From contig CAWIIV010000015.1 of NCBI GenBank assembly GCA_963836205.1, forward strand, positions 128,001 through 192,000: 64,000 bases of DNA, read 5' to 3'. Position 1 is the first letter of the stretch. Every line of letters starts with the position of its first letter. The stretch is from an uncultured Acidimicrobiia bacterium (GTDB lineage Bacteria > Actinomycetota > Acidimicrobiia > Acidimicrobiales > AC-14). The notes under the pieces are model-generated. The model was not told the DNA's origin. It did no database searches and worked only from the letters and a program-made list of their open reading frames with translations. The translations under genes and the position numbers were made by a program. Below are positions 37,588 to 47,970 of the stretch, in pieces.

Positions 37588-38370
37588 CTAGCGGTTGGCC
37601 CGGTTCGACGGCTGGCGGCGGGTGCGGACCTCGGCCACCGACTCCTCCAGGCCCCGGACCTCTTCCGGCGTGAGGGGCCGCCACTCGCCGGGGGCGAGGG
37701 CGCGGTCGCTCACCGGGCCGATGCGCACCCGCACCAGGCGCACCACGTGGTGGCCGACGGCGGCCAGCATCCGCCGGACCTGGCGGTTGCGGCCCTCGTG
37801 GATGGTGAGCTTGAGGATGCGGGGCTCCACGGTCGACGCCCGGGCCGGCGTCGTCATCCCGTCGTCGAGCATGACGCCCGTCCGCAGCTGGCGGACCTGG
37901 CCGGCGGTGGGGATGCCGTCGACCTCGACCAGGTACTCCTTCTCCACCCCGTAGGAGGGGTGGGCCAGCCGGTGGGCCAGGTCGCCGTCGTTGGTGAAGA
38001 TGATGAGGCCCTCGGTGTCGGCGTCGAGCCGGCCGACGGAGAACACACGCGGCTCGCGGGGCATCAGATCGAGTGCCGTCGCCCGGCCCTGGGGGTCGGA
38101 CGCGGTGACGACGGCCCCCTTGGGCTTGTTGAGCAGGTAGTACACAAGCCCCGGCCGCACCGAAACGGGCACCCCATCCACGGCCACCTCGGCCACGTCG
38201 GGGTCGACCCGTCGCCCGAGGATGGCGACCTCGCCGTCGACGGTGACCCGCCCCTCCTCGATCAGCTCCTCGCACGACCGCCGGCTGCCGAACCCGACTG
38301 CGGCCAGCACCTTCTGCAACCTGTCCCCCGAGGGCAGTTCAGGATCAGTCAAGGGCCCCTGGTCAGTCAA
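37588..38370 (-). CDS. rluB: rRNA pseudouridine synthase (RsuA/RluB family)
   Basis: S4 motif RLQKVLA..SRR; LLNKPKG, VGRLDADTEGL, EGRNRQVRRM; located after scpB. Confidence 0.9.
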   Translation of the reverse strand: MTDQGPLTDPELPSGDRLQKVLAAVGFGSRRSCEELIEEGRVTVDGEVAILGRRVDPDVAEVAVDGVPVSVRPGLVYYLLNKPKGAVVTASDPQGRATALDLMPREPRVFSVGRLDADTEGLIIFTNDGDLAHRLAHPSYGVEKEYLVEVDGIPTAGQVRQLRTGVMLDDGMTTPARASTVEPRILKLTIHEGRNRQVRRMLAAVGHHVVRLVRVRIGPVSDRALAPGEWRPLTPEEVRGLEESVAEVRTRRQPSNRANR

Positions 38371-38941
38371 GGGACGACGTCCCGCTGCCGAGGGCCTTCT
38401 CGATGGCTTCCACCATCTCCGGGCCCGGGACGAAGCTGGAGAGGGGTGGCAGGTCGGCTATGGAGTCGACGCCCAGCTTCTCGAGGAACAGGCGGGTGGT
38501 GCCGTAGAGGACGGCCTGGCCGGGGCCGGGGTCGCGGCCGACCTCCTCGATGTAGCCCCGGTGGGCCAGGGTGCGCATGACGGCGTCGGCGTTGACGCCC
38601 CGCACCGACGCCACCTGGGGCCGGGAGACCGGCTGGCGGTAGGCGACGACGGCCAGCGTCTCCAGGGCCGCGCCCGACAGGCGGGCGGGCTGGCCGTCGA
38701 GCACGAAGCGCTCCACGTACGGGGCCAGGTCGGGATGGGTCTGGAGCCGGTAGCCGCCCGCCACCCGGGCCAGCACGAAGCCCCGCTCCTCGTCGCCGTA
38801 GGCCGCGGCCAGGGCCGCGCACTCCTCGTCGATCCGGGCCGGGCTCACCTCCAGCAGTTGGGCCAGCAGGTGGGGCTCCACCGGCTCCTCGGCCACCAGC
38901 AGGACCGCCTCCAGGGCTCGGGTGAGCTCGCTACGAGCCAT
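38363..38941 (-). CDS. scpB: SMC-Scp complex subunit ScpB
   Basis: LEAVLL, VAGGYRLQT, LSGAALETLAVVAYRQPVSR..VRGVN, YGTT..FL. Confidence 0.95.
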   Translation of the reverse strand: MARSELTRALEAVLLVAEEPVEPHLLAQLLEVSPARIDEECAALAAAYGDEERGFVLARVAGGYRLQTHPDLAPYVERFVLDGQPARLSGAALETLAVVAYRQPVSRPQVASVRGVNADAVMRTLAHRGYIEEVGRDPGPGQAVLYGTTRLFLEKLGVDSIADLPPLSSFVPGPEMVEAIEKALGSGTSSLD

Positions 38942-39713
38942 AGCTGTCGGCCCCCGCGGCCAGGGACGATGCGACCTCGTCGCCTCCAGTCCACATGATG
39001 CGCAGCTCGCCGAAGGTCGACGCCTGGTCGAGCTCGACCAGGCCCTGCTTGTAGAGCTCGAGGACGGCGAGGAAGCGCACCACCACGTCGATGCGGGCGT
39101 CGAGGCCGGCGGTGACGTCCCGGAAGGTGGTGGTGCCGGCGGCGGGGATGGTGGCCAGGAGCTCGGCGACGGCGTCGCCCACCGAGATCCGGATCGGCGT
39201 CATGTGGACGATGGACACCTTGGGCGGCGGCCTGGGGCTGGCCGCCCGTACCAGGGCCCGGGCCAGGTCGGCGGGCGTGACGCCGGCCAGGAGGTCGGGG
39301 GCAAGGGCCAGGAACCAGGGCTCGGGACCGGCGGTGCGGGGAGCGCTGCGGGCGCCGGCGTCGAGCATGCGGGCCAGGTTCTCGCCGGCCTGGGAGAAGG
39401 TCTTGCACTCCAGCAGCTGGGCCAGCAACAGGTCGCGCTGCTCGAACAGGGCCAGATCGTCGTCGTCGATGCCTTCGCCGGGGGCCTGGGGAAGGAGCCG
39501 CCGGGCCTTGAGCTCGACCAGCGTGGCCGCGATGAGCAGGAACTCGGTGGCCGTCTCCAGGTCGAGGGGGCCCATGCGGTCGAGCTCGGCCAGGTAGGCA
39601 TCGACGATGGCGGAGAGCGACACCTCGTAGAGGTCGACCTCCTGGCGGGCGATCAGGTGGAGCAGCAGGTCGAACGGCCCTTCGAAGACCTCGGTGCGGA
39701 CCTCGTACGGCAC
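38931..39713 (-). CDS. scpA: Segregation and condensation protein ScpA
   Basis: FEGPFDLLLHLI, EFLLIAATLVELKARRLLP, VVRFLAVLELYK..Q..FG. Confidence 0.94.
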   Translation of the reverse strand: MPYEVRTEVFEGPFDLLLHLIARQEVDLYEVSLSAIVDAYLAELDRMGPLDLETATEFLLIAATLVELKARRLLPQAPGEGIDDDDLALFEQRDLLLAQLLECKTFSQAGENLARMLDAGARSAPRTAGPEPWFLALAPDLLAGVTPADLARALVRAASPRPPPKVSIVHMTPIRISVGDAVAELLATIPAAGTTTFRDVTAGLDARIDVVVRFLAVLELYKQGLVELDQASTFGELRIMWTGGDEVASSLAAGADSYGS

Positions 39714-39784
39714 GGTCACCGACACTACCGGCGGAGGCCCTCCGCCCGGCGCATACCATCGCCCTCCATGGAGGAGCTGTAGGC

Positions 39785-40768
39785 ATGGCACGGGTGCTCT
39801 CGGGAATCAAGCCCACCGGACGCGTCCATCTCGGCAACTACCTGGGCGCCCTCCGGCACTGGGTGACCGAGCAACACGAGTCCGACAGCTTCTACACGGT
39901 GGTCGACCTCCACGCCCTCACCATCGAGCACGACCCCGTCCAGCTGCGGGAACGCACCCTGGAGCTGGCCCGGGTGCTGGTGGCCGTCGGACTCGACCCC
40001 GACGTGGCCACCCTGTTCATCCAGAGCCACGTGGCCGAGCATGCCGAGCTGAGCTGGCTGATGGAGGCCACCGTCACCTACGGCGAGCTGCACCGGATGA
40101 TCCAGTTCAAGGAGAAGTCGAGCGGCCAGGAGTCGGTCCGGGCGGCCCTGCTCACCTATCCCGCCCTCATGGCGGCCGACATCCTCCTCTACGACGCCGA
40201 CCGCGTCCCCGTGGGCGAGGACCAGCGCCAGCACCTCGAGCTTGCCCGCGACCTGGCCATCCGCTTCAACCACCACTACGGGGCGACGTTCGTGGTGCCG
40301 GAGGCCGCCGTCCCCACCGTCGGGGCCAGGATCATGGACCTCCAGGACCCGACGTCGAAGATGGGCAAGTCGTCGGTGTCGGGGGCGGGCACCGTCTACC
40401 TGCTCGACGATCCCGCGGAGGTGGTCAAGAAGGTGCGGCGGGCCGTCACCGACGCCGAGGCCGACGTCGGCTTCGACGTGGAGAACAAGCCCGGCGTGTC
40501 GAACCTGCTGTCGATCCTGGGCGCGGCCACCGGCCGGTCCCCCCAGGAGGCGGCAGCCGGCTACAGCCAGTACGGCGCCCTCAAGGCCGACACCGCCGAC
40601 GCCGTGGTCGAGCTGCTCCGACCGATCCAGGAGCGTTACCGGGAGCTGGCCGCCGACCCCGGCGCCACCGGCGCCATCCTCCGCAAGGGCGCTCAGAAGG
40701 CGGAACAGGTGGCGTCGGCCACCCTCTCGCGGGCCCAAATGGCGATCGGGCTCCTTCCGCCCTCGTAG
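39785..40768 (+). CDS. trpS: Tryptophan--tRNA ligase
   Basis: SGIKPTG..HLGNYLGA, YPALMAADIL, VPVGEDQ, KMGKS. Confidence 0.96.
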   Translation: MARVLSGIKPTGRVHLGNYLGALRHWVTEQHESDSFYTVVDLHALTIEHDPVQLRERTLELARVLVAVGLDPDVATLFIQSHVAEHAELSWLMEATVTYGELHRMIQFKEKSSGQESVRAALLTYPALMAADILLYDADRVPVGEDQRQHLELARDLAIRFNHHYGATFVVPEAAVPTVGARIMDLQDPTSKMGKSSVSGAGTVYLLDDPAEVVKKVRRAVTDAEADVGFDVENKPGVSNLLSILGAATGRSPQEAAAGYSQYGALKADTADAVVELLRPIQERYRELAADPGATGAILRKGAQKAEQVASATLSRAQMAIGLLPPS

Positions 40769-40787
40769 CGCGCGTACTGTGTGCGCC

Positions 40788-41411
40788 GTGAGACGAGGAC
40801 TACGCCCCGCGTTCGCAGCCGTCATCGTTCCCCTCGTCCTTCTCGCCGGCTGTGGCAGTGACCCAAAGGCCCCCGACACCGACGCCCCCGCCGGCTTCAC
40901 GGTGGCGAAGGACGACAGCGCCGGCTTCGCCGTCGCCATCCCGGCCGACTGGCTGAAGATCCCCCTGAGCGAGGACCTCTCCGAGTTCAACGAGGGCGCC
41001 AACAAGCTGCGGCTCGAGAATCCCAACCTCGGCACCGCCATCGTGCTCGCCCGCAGCCTGGCCCAGGCCGGCGGCCGGCTCTTCGCCGTCGACCGCGAGG
41101 GCACGTCGATCGTGAACCTCACCGTCGGCAAGGCCAAGGAGAAGACGCTCGACGAGATCATGATCGCCACCAAGCCGGCCCTCACCGAGCGGGCGGGGGC
41201 CACCGAGATGTCGGACGAGGCCGTCAGCCTGCCGGCCGGGCCCGCCACCCGCCTGCGGTTCAAGCTGCCGCTGGAGAGCGGCGGCGAGACCGTCATCCTC
41301 GACGAGACGCAGTTCTACCTGCTCAAGGACGGCAAGGCCTACATCCTCACCATCGTGTCGGCCGACCCCGCCCTCGGCACCACCGTGGCCGACACCCTCC
41401 GCATCCGCTAA
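40788..41411 (+). CDS. Lipoprotein (LpqN/PsbP-like fold possible)
   Basis: Lipobox LAGC; GFAVAIPADW...AYILTI..TLRI pattern. Confidence 0.7.
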   Translation: MRRGLRPAFAAVIVPLVLLAGCGSDPKAPDTDAPAGFTVAKDDSAGFAVAIPADWLKIPLSEDLSEFNEGANKLRLENPNLGTAIVLARSLAQAGGRLFAVDREGTSIVNLTVGKAKEKTLDEIMIATKPALTERAGATEMSDEAVSLPAGPATRLRFKLPLESGGETVILDETQFYLLKDGKAYILTIVSADPALGTTVADTLRIR

Positions 41412-41456
41412 CCGGCCGAGCGGGCCTTGCCGTCCGCCGGCCGGGTGCCGGGCCGC

Positions 41457-41576
41457 CGCCCAACTGGTGACACATCTGGTGGTCCTGGCCACCGGATCCG
41501 TCACCGGTTCGCAGACAACGCCCAACTGGTGACACATCTGGTGGTCCTGGCCACCGGATCCGTCACCGGTTCGCAG
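41457..41576. repeat. Two identical 58-bp palindromic units (period 62) between convergent genes
   Basis: cgcccaactggtgacacatctggtggtcctggccaccggatccgtcaccggttcgcag at 41457 and 41519. Confidence 0.92.
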
Positions 41577-41582
41577 GGGGGC

Positions 41583-42470
41583 TCAGGTGTCGTCCTGGGC
41601 CCGGACGGCCTCGGCCTGGGCTCCGACGACAGCCAGGTCCTCCACCCCGGTGACCTGGATGGCCCCGGCGCGGTAGCGGCGGCGCTGGCGGATCTCGAGG
41701 CGGCGGGCCACTCGGCTGATGCTGTAGTTCACGATGATGTACATCACGGCCGCCACCGACACCGACTGCAGGGTGTTGTCGAAGAACTCCCCCGCGATCT
41801 GGGACCGTCGCAGGAGCTCCTCGACCAGGATCACGAAGCCGAGCGACGTGTCCTTGAGCAGGGTGACGAGCTGGCTGACGATGGCCGGGATCATGCGCCG
41901 GAAGGCCTGGGGGACGACCACCAGCAACATCGTCTGCCAGTAGCCGAGCCCGACGGCGAAGGCGGCTTCGGTCTGGCCCCGGTCGAGGGAGAGGATCCCG
42001 GCCCGGAAGACCTCGCCCAGGATGGCGCTGTTGTACAGCGTGAGGCCGAGCACAAGGGCGTTGAACTTGGAGATCTCGAGGCCGACCTCGATCAGCCCGT
42101 ACCCGCAGAACAGGATGAGGACGTAGAGGGGCAGGCCCCGGAAGAACTCCACGTACGTGGCCGCCAGGAACCGCACCACGAAGGTCCGGGACAGGCGGGC
42201 GAGAGCGAGGAGCGTCCCCAGCACGATCGACAGGCCCATCGCCAGGCCGGCCACCTTCAACGTGGTGAGCAGCCCGAGCAGGAAGAACCTCCACTGCCTC
42301 CAGATGGTGAACGGCCTCCAGACGTCGCCATCGAACTGGCCCCGCTCCTGGAGCCGCAGCACGAGCATCACCAGCAGTCCGACGATCACCACCACTGCCA
42401 CCACCGAGGCGACCCGCGCCTGGCGACGACCGCGGGGCCCGAGGGCGTCGGCGAGGACGGGGGCGGTCAC
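41583..42470 (-). CDS. gluD: Glutamate ABC transporter permease
   Basis: VLADALGPRGRR, YVEFFRGLP, EVFRAGI..GQTEAA, PQAFRRMIP, KDTSLG. Confidence 0.85.
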   Translation of the reverse strand: MTAPVLADALGPRGRRQARVASVVAVVVIVGLLVMLVLRLQERGQFDGDVWRPFTIWRQWRFFLLGLLTTLKVAGLAMGLSIVLGTLLALARLSRTFVVRFLAATYVEFFRGLPLYVLILFCGYGLIEVGLEISKFNALVLGLTLYNSAILGEVFRAGILSLDRGQTEAAFAVGLGYWQTMLLVVVPQAFRRMIPAIVSQLVTLLKDTSLGFVILVEELLRRSQIAGEFFDNTLQSVSVAAVMYIIVNYSISRVARRLEIRQRRRYRAGAIQVTGVEDLAVVGAQAEAVRAQDDT

Positions 42471-43114
42471 CTTCGGAACGCGACCTTGTGCTCGATCCAC
42501 CCGACCACAGCCCCGGCGGGAAGGGTGAGGACCAGGTAGGCCAGGCCGGCGCCGAGAAGGGCGGGAAAGAACTGCGCCTCGGCCGAGCCGATCGCCTCGC
42601 CGGTTTTGGTGAGGTTGGGCACGGCGATGATGGTGACGAGAGCCGAGTTCTTGATCAAGGCGATGAAGATGCTGCCCAGGGGCTGGACGACCGTTCGCAT
42701 CGCCTGGGGCATGATCACCTGGCCCAACGTCTCCGGGAACGTCAGCCCCAGCGACCGGCCCGCCTCCGCCTGGCCGACGGCCACCGAGTTGATCCCCGCC
42801 CTGACCGCCTCGGCCACGAACGTGCCGGTGTAGGTGGTCAGGACGATGATCCCGACCCAGAACCGGGACATGGAGATCCCGATGGCGGGAAGGAAGCCGA
42901 ACCAGAACAGGAACATCAACAACGCCAGGGGCGTGTTGCGGAAGATGTTCACGTAGGCCGTGCCCGCCGCCCGCAGCGGAGGCACCGGGCTGACCCGGAA
43001 CCCGGCCACGACGGTGCCCACGACGAAGGCCAGGGCGAACGCCACCAGCGTGAGGACGGTGGTGTCCACCATCCCGGCGAGGTAGGCGTCGAGGTTGTCG
43101 ACGACGATGTTCAC
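42467..43114 (-). CDS. gluC: Glutamate ABC transporter permease
   Basis: RVSPVPPLR..YVNIFRNTPL, EAVRAGINSV..GQAEAGRSLG. Confidence 0.85.
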   Translation of the reverse strand: MNIVVDNLDAYLAGMVDTTVLTLVAFALAFVVGTVVAGFRVSPVPPLRAAGTAYVNIFRNTPLALLMFLFWFGFLPAIGISMSRFWVGIIVLTTYTGTFVAEAVRAGINSVAVGQAEAGRSLGLTFPETLGQVIMPQAMRTVVQPLGSIFIALIKNSALVTIIAVPNLTKTGEAIGSAEAQFFPALLGAGLAYLVLTLPAGAVVGWIEHKVAFRR

Positions 43115-43151
43115 GCCGCCCTAGCCCTTCGGTCGTGGGCCGGTGGCCGGG

Positions 43152-44162
43152 TCAGCCGGTGGTGGTCGTCGTGGCGGCTTCCGTCGTCGTGGTGGCGACG
43201 GTGGTCGTGGTCGCCCCGGCGGCGGTCGTGGTAGGTGCCGGTGCCGGTCCGGCCGAGGTGTAGCGGTCGACGGCCGGCGGCGTGTCGGGCGTCGGGACAC
43301 CGAGCTCGCCCAGGGTGGCCTCGAAGGCCTCCTTCCAGTCGCCGTTGGCGTAGATCTCCTCCAGCCGGTCGTTGACGAAGGTGCGGAAGGCGTCGTCGCC
43401 CCGCTGCACGCCGATGCCGTAGGGCTCGTCGCTGAACTTCTTGCCCACGATCTTGAGGTCGTCGGGGTTGGCGTCCACGAAGCCGAGGAGGATCGAGTTG
43501 TCGGTGCTGACCGCGTCGACGTTGCCGTTGAGGAGGTCGTCCTTGCACTGGCTGTAGGTGTCGTACTCGATGAGGGTCGCCGCGGGTGCCCGCTCCTTGA
43601 TGCGGGTGGCGGGCGTGGAGTTGCGGACACTACAGACGCTCACGCCCGAGACGAGGGACTCGACGCCGGTGATGGTGGTGTTGTCCTTCTTGACCATGAT
43701 GTCCTGGCCCGCGATGTAGTACGGGCCGGCGAAGTCGATCCGCTGCTTGCGGGCGTCGTTGATGGTGTAGGTGGCCACCACCATGTCGACCGTGCCCTGC
43801 TCGATGACCGTCTCCCGCACCGGCGTCGGGGTCTCGATGAACTCGATCTTGTTGCCGAGGTCGGACGCGTCGCCGCCGAAGATGCCGGTGGCGATGAGCT
43901 TGGCGATCTCGACGTCGAAGCCCTCGACCTGGTCGGTGAGCGGGTTCTTCTGGCCCAGGCCGGGCTGGTCGAACTTGGTGCCCACCACGATCTTGCCCTT
44001 GGCCTGGATCTCGGCCATCGTCGAACCGGCGGCGAAGGACGGCCCGCCCGACGTGGTGTCGGAACCGCCGACTGTGGGCGTGTCGTCGTCGTCGCCACAG
44101 GCGGCGCCCATCAGGGCCACCGTCAAGAGCACGATCGGGAACAACCACCGCTGCTTCTTCAT
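43152..44162 (-). CDS. gluB: Glutamate ABC transporter substrate-binding lipoprotein
   Basis: Lipobox GAAC; VGTKFDQPG, GFDVEIA, VATYTINDARK, FAGPYY, STDN, EPYGIG. Confidence 0.88.
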   Translation of the reverse strand: MKKQRWLFPIVLLTVALMGAACGDDDDTPTVGGSDTTSGGPSFAAGSTMAEIQAKGKIVVGTKFDQPGLGQKNPLTDQVEGFDVEIAKLIATGIFGGDASDLGNKIEFIETPTPVRETVIEQGTVDMVVATYTINDARKQRIDFAGPYYIAGQDIMVKKDNTTITGVESLVSGVSVCSVRNSTPATRIKERAPAATLIEYDTYSQCKDDLLNGNVDAVSTDNSILLGFVDANPDDLKIVGKKFSDEPYGIGVQRGDDAFRTFVNDRLEEIYANGDWKEAFEATLGELGVPTPDTPPAVDRYTSAGPAPAPTTTAAGATTTTVATTTTEAATTTTTG

Positions 44163-44201
44163 CCTCTGCCTCCAGGTTGAACGTTGGCCACAAGCACGTG
44201 G

Positions 44202-44990
44202 CTAGTGCTCCAAGATCTTGGATAGGAAGTCGCGCGCCCGCTCGGACTCTGGTCTGGCGAAGAATTGGTCGGGTGGGGCGATCTCGACGATACGGCCTCC
44301 GTCCATGAAGGCTACCCGGCGGGCCGCGGAGCGCGCGAAACCCATCTCGTGGCTGACCACGATCATGGTGGTTCCCTCGGCCGCCAGCTCGATCATCACG
44401 TCGAGCACTTCCTTGATCATCTCCGGGTCGAGGGCCGAGGTGGGCTCGTCGAAGAGCATGAGCTTAGGGCTCATGGCGAGGGCCCGGGCGATGGCGGCCC
44501 GCTGTTGCTGGCCACCGGACAGCTCGGCCGGGTAGGCGTCGGCCTTGGCCGCGATCCCCACCCGCTCGAGGAGCTGCATGGCCTTGTCCTTGGCGTCGGA
44601 CTTCGACATCTTGCGCACCTTGATCGGCCCGAGGGTCAGGTTCTGCAGGATCGTCTTGTGGGCGAACAGGTTGAACGACTGGAACACCATGCCCACGTCG
44701 GCCCGCAGCCGGGCCAGGGCCTTGCCCTCCTCGGGCAGGGCCACGCCGTCGATGGTGATGGTGCCCGAGGTGCAGGCCTCGAGGCGGTTGATGCAGCGGA
44801 TGAGGGTGGACTTCCCCGAGCCCGACGGCCCGATGACCATCAGCACCTCGCCCCGGCCGACCTGGAGGTCGACGTCGTGGAGGACGTGGAGGTCGCCGAA
44901 GAACTTGTTGACCTTGTCGACGACGACAAGGGGCGTGGCGGGGGCGGCCGGCGCCGACGGTGCTGCGGGGGCGGCGGGCGTGGTGGTCAT
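44202..44990 (-). CDS. gluA: Amino-acid ABC transporter ATP-binding protein
   Basis: GPSGSGKST, GMVFQSFNLF, LSGGQQQR, LFDEPTSALDPE. Confidence 0.9.
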   Translation of the reverse strand: MTTTPAAPAAPSAPAAPATPLVVVDKVNKFFGDLHVLHDVDLQVGRGEVLMVIGPSGSGKSTLIRCINRLEACTSGTITIDGVALPEEGKALARLRADVGMVFQSFNLFAHKTILQNLTLGPIKVRKMSKSDAKDKAMQLLERVGIAAKADAYPAELSGGQQQRAAIARALAMSPKLMLFDEPTSALDPEMIKEVLDVMIELAAEGTTMIVVSHEMGFARSAARRVAFMDGGRIVEIAPPDQFFARPESERARDFLSKILEH

Positions 44991-45415
44991 GCGAAGGCTC
45001 CCTTCCGGGGCAGGCGGCTCGACGCCGCGGCCATGGCCAGCAGACCGGAAAGGGCCACCACGGCCCCCGCCGCCCCCGCGGTGAGCACCCGGCGGAGGGA
45101 GGCGTCGCGGCAGGCGTGGTCGCGGGCCAGGTCGAAGAGGGTGGCGCCGCCGGAGGCAGTGGAGGCGTCGCCCAGGGCGGTGCCGCATTCGACCGAGACT
45201 GCCGCCGCGGGGGCGGCGTCGAACGAGCGCAGGCGGAGGAGGGGATCGTCGACGACGCTGGCATCGACCGGCATGGAGAGGAAGGCGAAGGCGATGACCA
45301 CTCCGAGCACGGCGACGACGGCCGCCAGTCGCCGGGCCCGCACCCGCCGGGGCGCCCGCCGCGCGGCCAGGGACCGTCTGGCCTGCTTGGCTCGCTCGGC
45401 CACCCTCAGTGCCAT
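44987..45415 (-). CDS. Hypothetical 2-TM protein with a Cys pair
   Basis: Two hydrophobic segments flanking VECG..C; ATGA overlap with gluA. Confidence 0.55.
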   Translation of the reverse strand: MALRVAERAKQARRSLAARRAPRRVRARRLAAVVAVLGVVIAFAFLSMPVDASVVDDPLLRLRSFDAAPAAAVSVECGTALGDASTASGGATLFDLARDHACRDASLRRVLTAGAAGAVVALSGLLAMAAASSRLPRKGAFA

Positions 45416-45558
45416 TGCGCCCCGCACTGTACAGAACCGGCGTCTCCCGCCGCAGGAACGGCGGGCGTGCCGCCGGTGGTCGGTTGTGCAGCCGTGCCGG
45501 TCTGTCGCGTACAACTACCGACTCGGTTCACCGCCGGCGGTGTCCGCCCGTTGTGGAG

Positions 45559-45897
45559 TTACCGCAGCGATGCGCAGTTGATGCAGCGGCGGGCCTCGGG
45601 CTTGGCCTCGAGGCGGGCGGGGCCGATGGGCTCCCCGCAGCGCTCGCAGGTGCCGTAGGTGCCGTCGTCGAGCTTGCGCAGGGCGTCCTCCACCTGCACC
45701 AGCGTCTCCTTCAGCGTTCCGACCAGCACGTCGACCTCGCCCCGCTCGGCTGTCACCTGGCTCGTATCGGCGAAGTTCTGGTCGAACGTGATCGATCCCG
45801 CGTCGCCGTCGCCCAGCTCGCCGAGGCGGGCGAGCAGGTTGTTGTGCTCCTCCTCGAGGGATTTGCGCAGGTCAGCAAGGACGGTATCGCTCAACAC
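45559..45897 (-). CDS. TraR/DksA C4-type zinc-finger protein
   Basis: Coiled coil, ALRKLDDGTYGTCERCGEPI..RLEAKP..CINC. Confidence 0.9.
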   Translation of the reverse strand: MLSDTVLADLRKSLEEEHNNLLARLGELGDGDAGSITFDQNFADTSQVTAERGEVDVLVGTLKETLVQVEDALRKLDDGTYGTCERCGEPIGPARLEAKPEARRCINCASLR

Positions 45898-45909
45898 AAG
45901 GCCCGTAGC

Positions 45910-46842
45910 CTACCTTGACCGGCCACTCCGGGCGCGGGGATGGGCCGCGTCGTAGATCCGGCGCAGCCGTTCGGTCGACACCTTGGTGTACACCTGCGTC
46001 GTCGAGATGGACGCGTGGCCGAGCAGTTCCTGCACCACGCGGATGTCGGCCCCGTGGTCGAGCATGTGGGTGGCGCACGAGTGACGGAGCACGTGGGGGG
46101 TGAGCCGGCTCCCCAGGCCGACCTTGTCGCCGTAGTGGCGGACGATGCCCCACGCCCCCTGCCGTGACAACCGCCCGCCCCGCACGTTGAGGAACACCGC
46201 TTCCGAGTCGCCCCGCCGGGCCCACCGCTCGGGCGCCATCGCGCCCCGCCCGGCGGGGGCCAGCCACGCCAGCAGCGCCTCCCGCGCCACCCGACCCACG
46301 GGCACCACCCGCTCCTTCGACCCCTTCCCGAACGCCCGCAAGAGGCCGGCGTCGAGGTCGAGGTCGGCGAGCGACAGTCCCACCAGCTCCGACACCCGCA
46401 GGCCGCAGGCGTACAGAACCTCGAGGATGGCCCGGTCGCGGCGGGCAGGGGCGTCGTCGCCCGCCACCGCCCCCAGGAGGGAGAGGACCTCCTCCTCCGA
46501 CAGGGCCTTGGGCAAGCCGGCCGGGACGCGGGGCGGGCCGACCTCCTCGGCCGGGTTGCCCTCCACGTCGCCCTCGTCCTCCAGGAACCGGTGCAGGGAG
46601 CGGACCGCCACCAGGGCTCGGGCCACCGACGACGGCGCCCGCCGGGCGGCCCGCAGGAAGGCCACGTAGTCCTCCACCACCGGTTCGGTCACGTCGGCCA
46701 CGGCCAGTCCCCGTCCGGTGAGGAACTCCGCGTAGGCGGCCAGGTCGCGCCGGTAGGCGGCCAGGGTGTTGAGCGACCGGCCCCGCTCCACCGCCAGCCA
46801 CGACAGGTACTCCTCGGCCTCGACCGGGAGCGGCCGGCTCAC
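45910..46842 (-). CDS. xerD: Tyrosine recombinase XerD
   Basis: [64 protein letters not shown]; conserved position after ald. Confidence 0.92.
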   Translation of the reverse strand: MSRPLPVEAEEYLSWLAVERGRSLNTLAAYRRDLAAYAEFLTGRGLAVADVTEPVVEDYVAFLRAARRAPSSVARALVAVRSLHRFLEDEGDVEGNPAEEVGPPRVPAGLPKALSEEEVLSLLGAVAGDDAPARRDRAILEVLYACGLRVSELVGLSLADLDLDAGLLRAFGKGSKERVVPVGRVAREALLAWLAPAGRGAMAPERWARRGDSEAVFLNVRGGRLSRQGAWGIVRHYGDKVGLGSRLTPHVLRHSCATHMLDHGADIRVVQELLGHASISTTQVYTKVSTERLRRIYDAAHPRARSGRSR

Positions 46843-47970
46843 TCCGTGAGCAGGGCGATCGGGTCGGCGGCGACGCGGCCGAGGGCCTCCGCCACCGCCG
46901 GGTTGGCCACCTCCCCGGCCACCGTGTTCACGCCCATCCGCAGGGCCGGGTCGAGGGCCACGGCGGCCAGCACCCCGTGCTCGGCCACCTCCACCACGTA
47001 GGGAAGGGTGGCGTTGGTGAGGGCGTAGGTGGAGGTGTGGGGCACCGCCCCGGGCATGTTGCCGACGGCGTAGTGGAGGACGTCGTGGACCACGTAGACG
47101 GGGTCGGCGTGGGTGGTCTCCCGGGTCGTCGCGACGCATCCGCCCTGGTCAACGGCAATGTCGACGATCACCGCCCCCCGCTTCATACCCCGCACCATGT
47201 CGTCGGTGACGACGACGGGCGCCCGCCCGCCGGCCACCAGCACCGCCCCGATGACGAGGTCGGCCTCGGCCACCGCCCGCTCCACCGCCCCCCGGTTGGA
47301 GGCCAGGGTCATGATCCGGCCCTTGTGGATCTGGTCGACCCATCGCAGCCGGTCGAGGTTCTTGTCGAGGAGGATGACCTCGGCCTCCATGCCCTGGGCG
47401 ATCCAGGCCGCGTTCCACCCCACGTTGCCCGCGCCCAGCACCACCACCCGGGCCGGGCGCACGCCGGGGGCGCCGCCCAGGAGGACTCCCCGCCCGCCCT
47501 GCTCCCGCTCCAGGAAGTGGGCCCCGATCTGGGGGGCCATGCGCCCCGCGACCTCGCTCATGGGGGCGAGCAGGGGGAGGGCGCCCCCGCCGCCGGGGGC
47601 GGGCGCGGCGAGCTGCACCGTCTCGTAGGCGAGCGCGGTGGTTTTGGCCGCGAGGAGGGCGTCGGCCACCGCCGGGTAGGCGGCCAGGTGGAGGTAGGTG
47701 AAGAGGACGGTCTCGGTCCGCAGCCGCCGGTACTCGTCGGGCTGGGGCTCCTTGACCTTCACCACCAGGTCGGCCGACCAGGCGTCGTCGGCTATGACGA
47801 TGGACGCGCGCCGCCGCCGCGTACTCGGCGTCGGGGATGGACGAGTCGCGGCCCGCCCCCTCCTGCACCAGCACCCGGTGACCGTGGGCCACCAGCTCGC
47901 GGGCGCCGTCGGGGGTGAGGGCGACCCGGTGCTCGCCCGCCTTGGTCTCGGCCGGGACGCCGACGATCAT
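46839..47970 (-). CDS. ald: Alanine dehydrogenase; frameshift at ~47805
   Basis: [20 protein letters not shown] in one frame; [25 protein letters not shown] and NMPGAVP in the next. Confidence 0.9.

Noticed and set aside
41457-41576. Possible CRISPR or mini-array
   Set aside because: Only two 58-bp units separated by 4 nt; fits a palindromic interspersed element.
45910-46842. Phage or island integrase
   Set aside because: Sequence and position after nudF-ald match chromosomal XerD.
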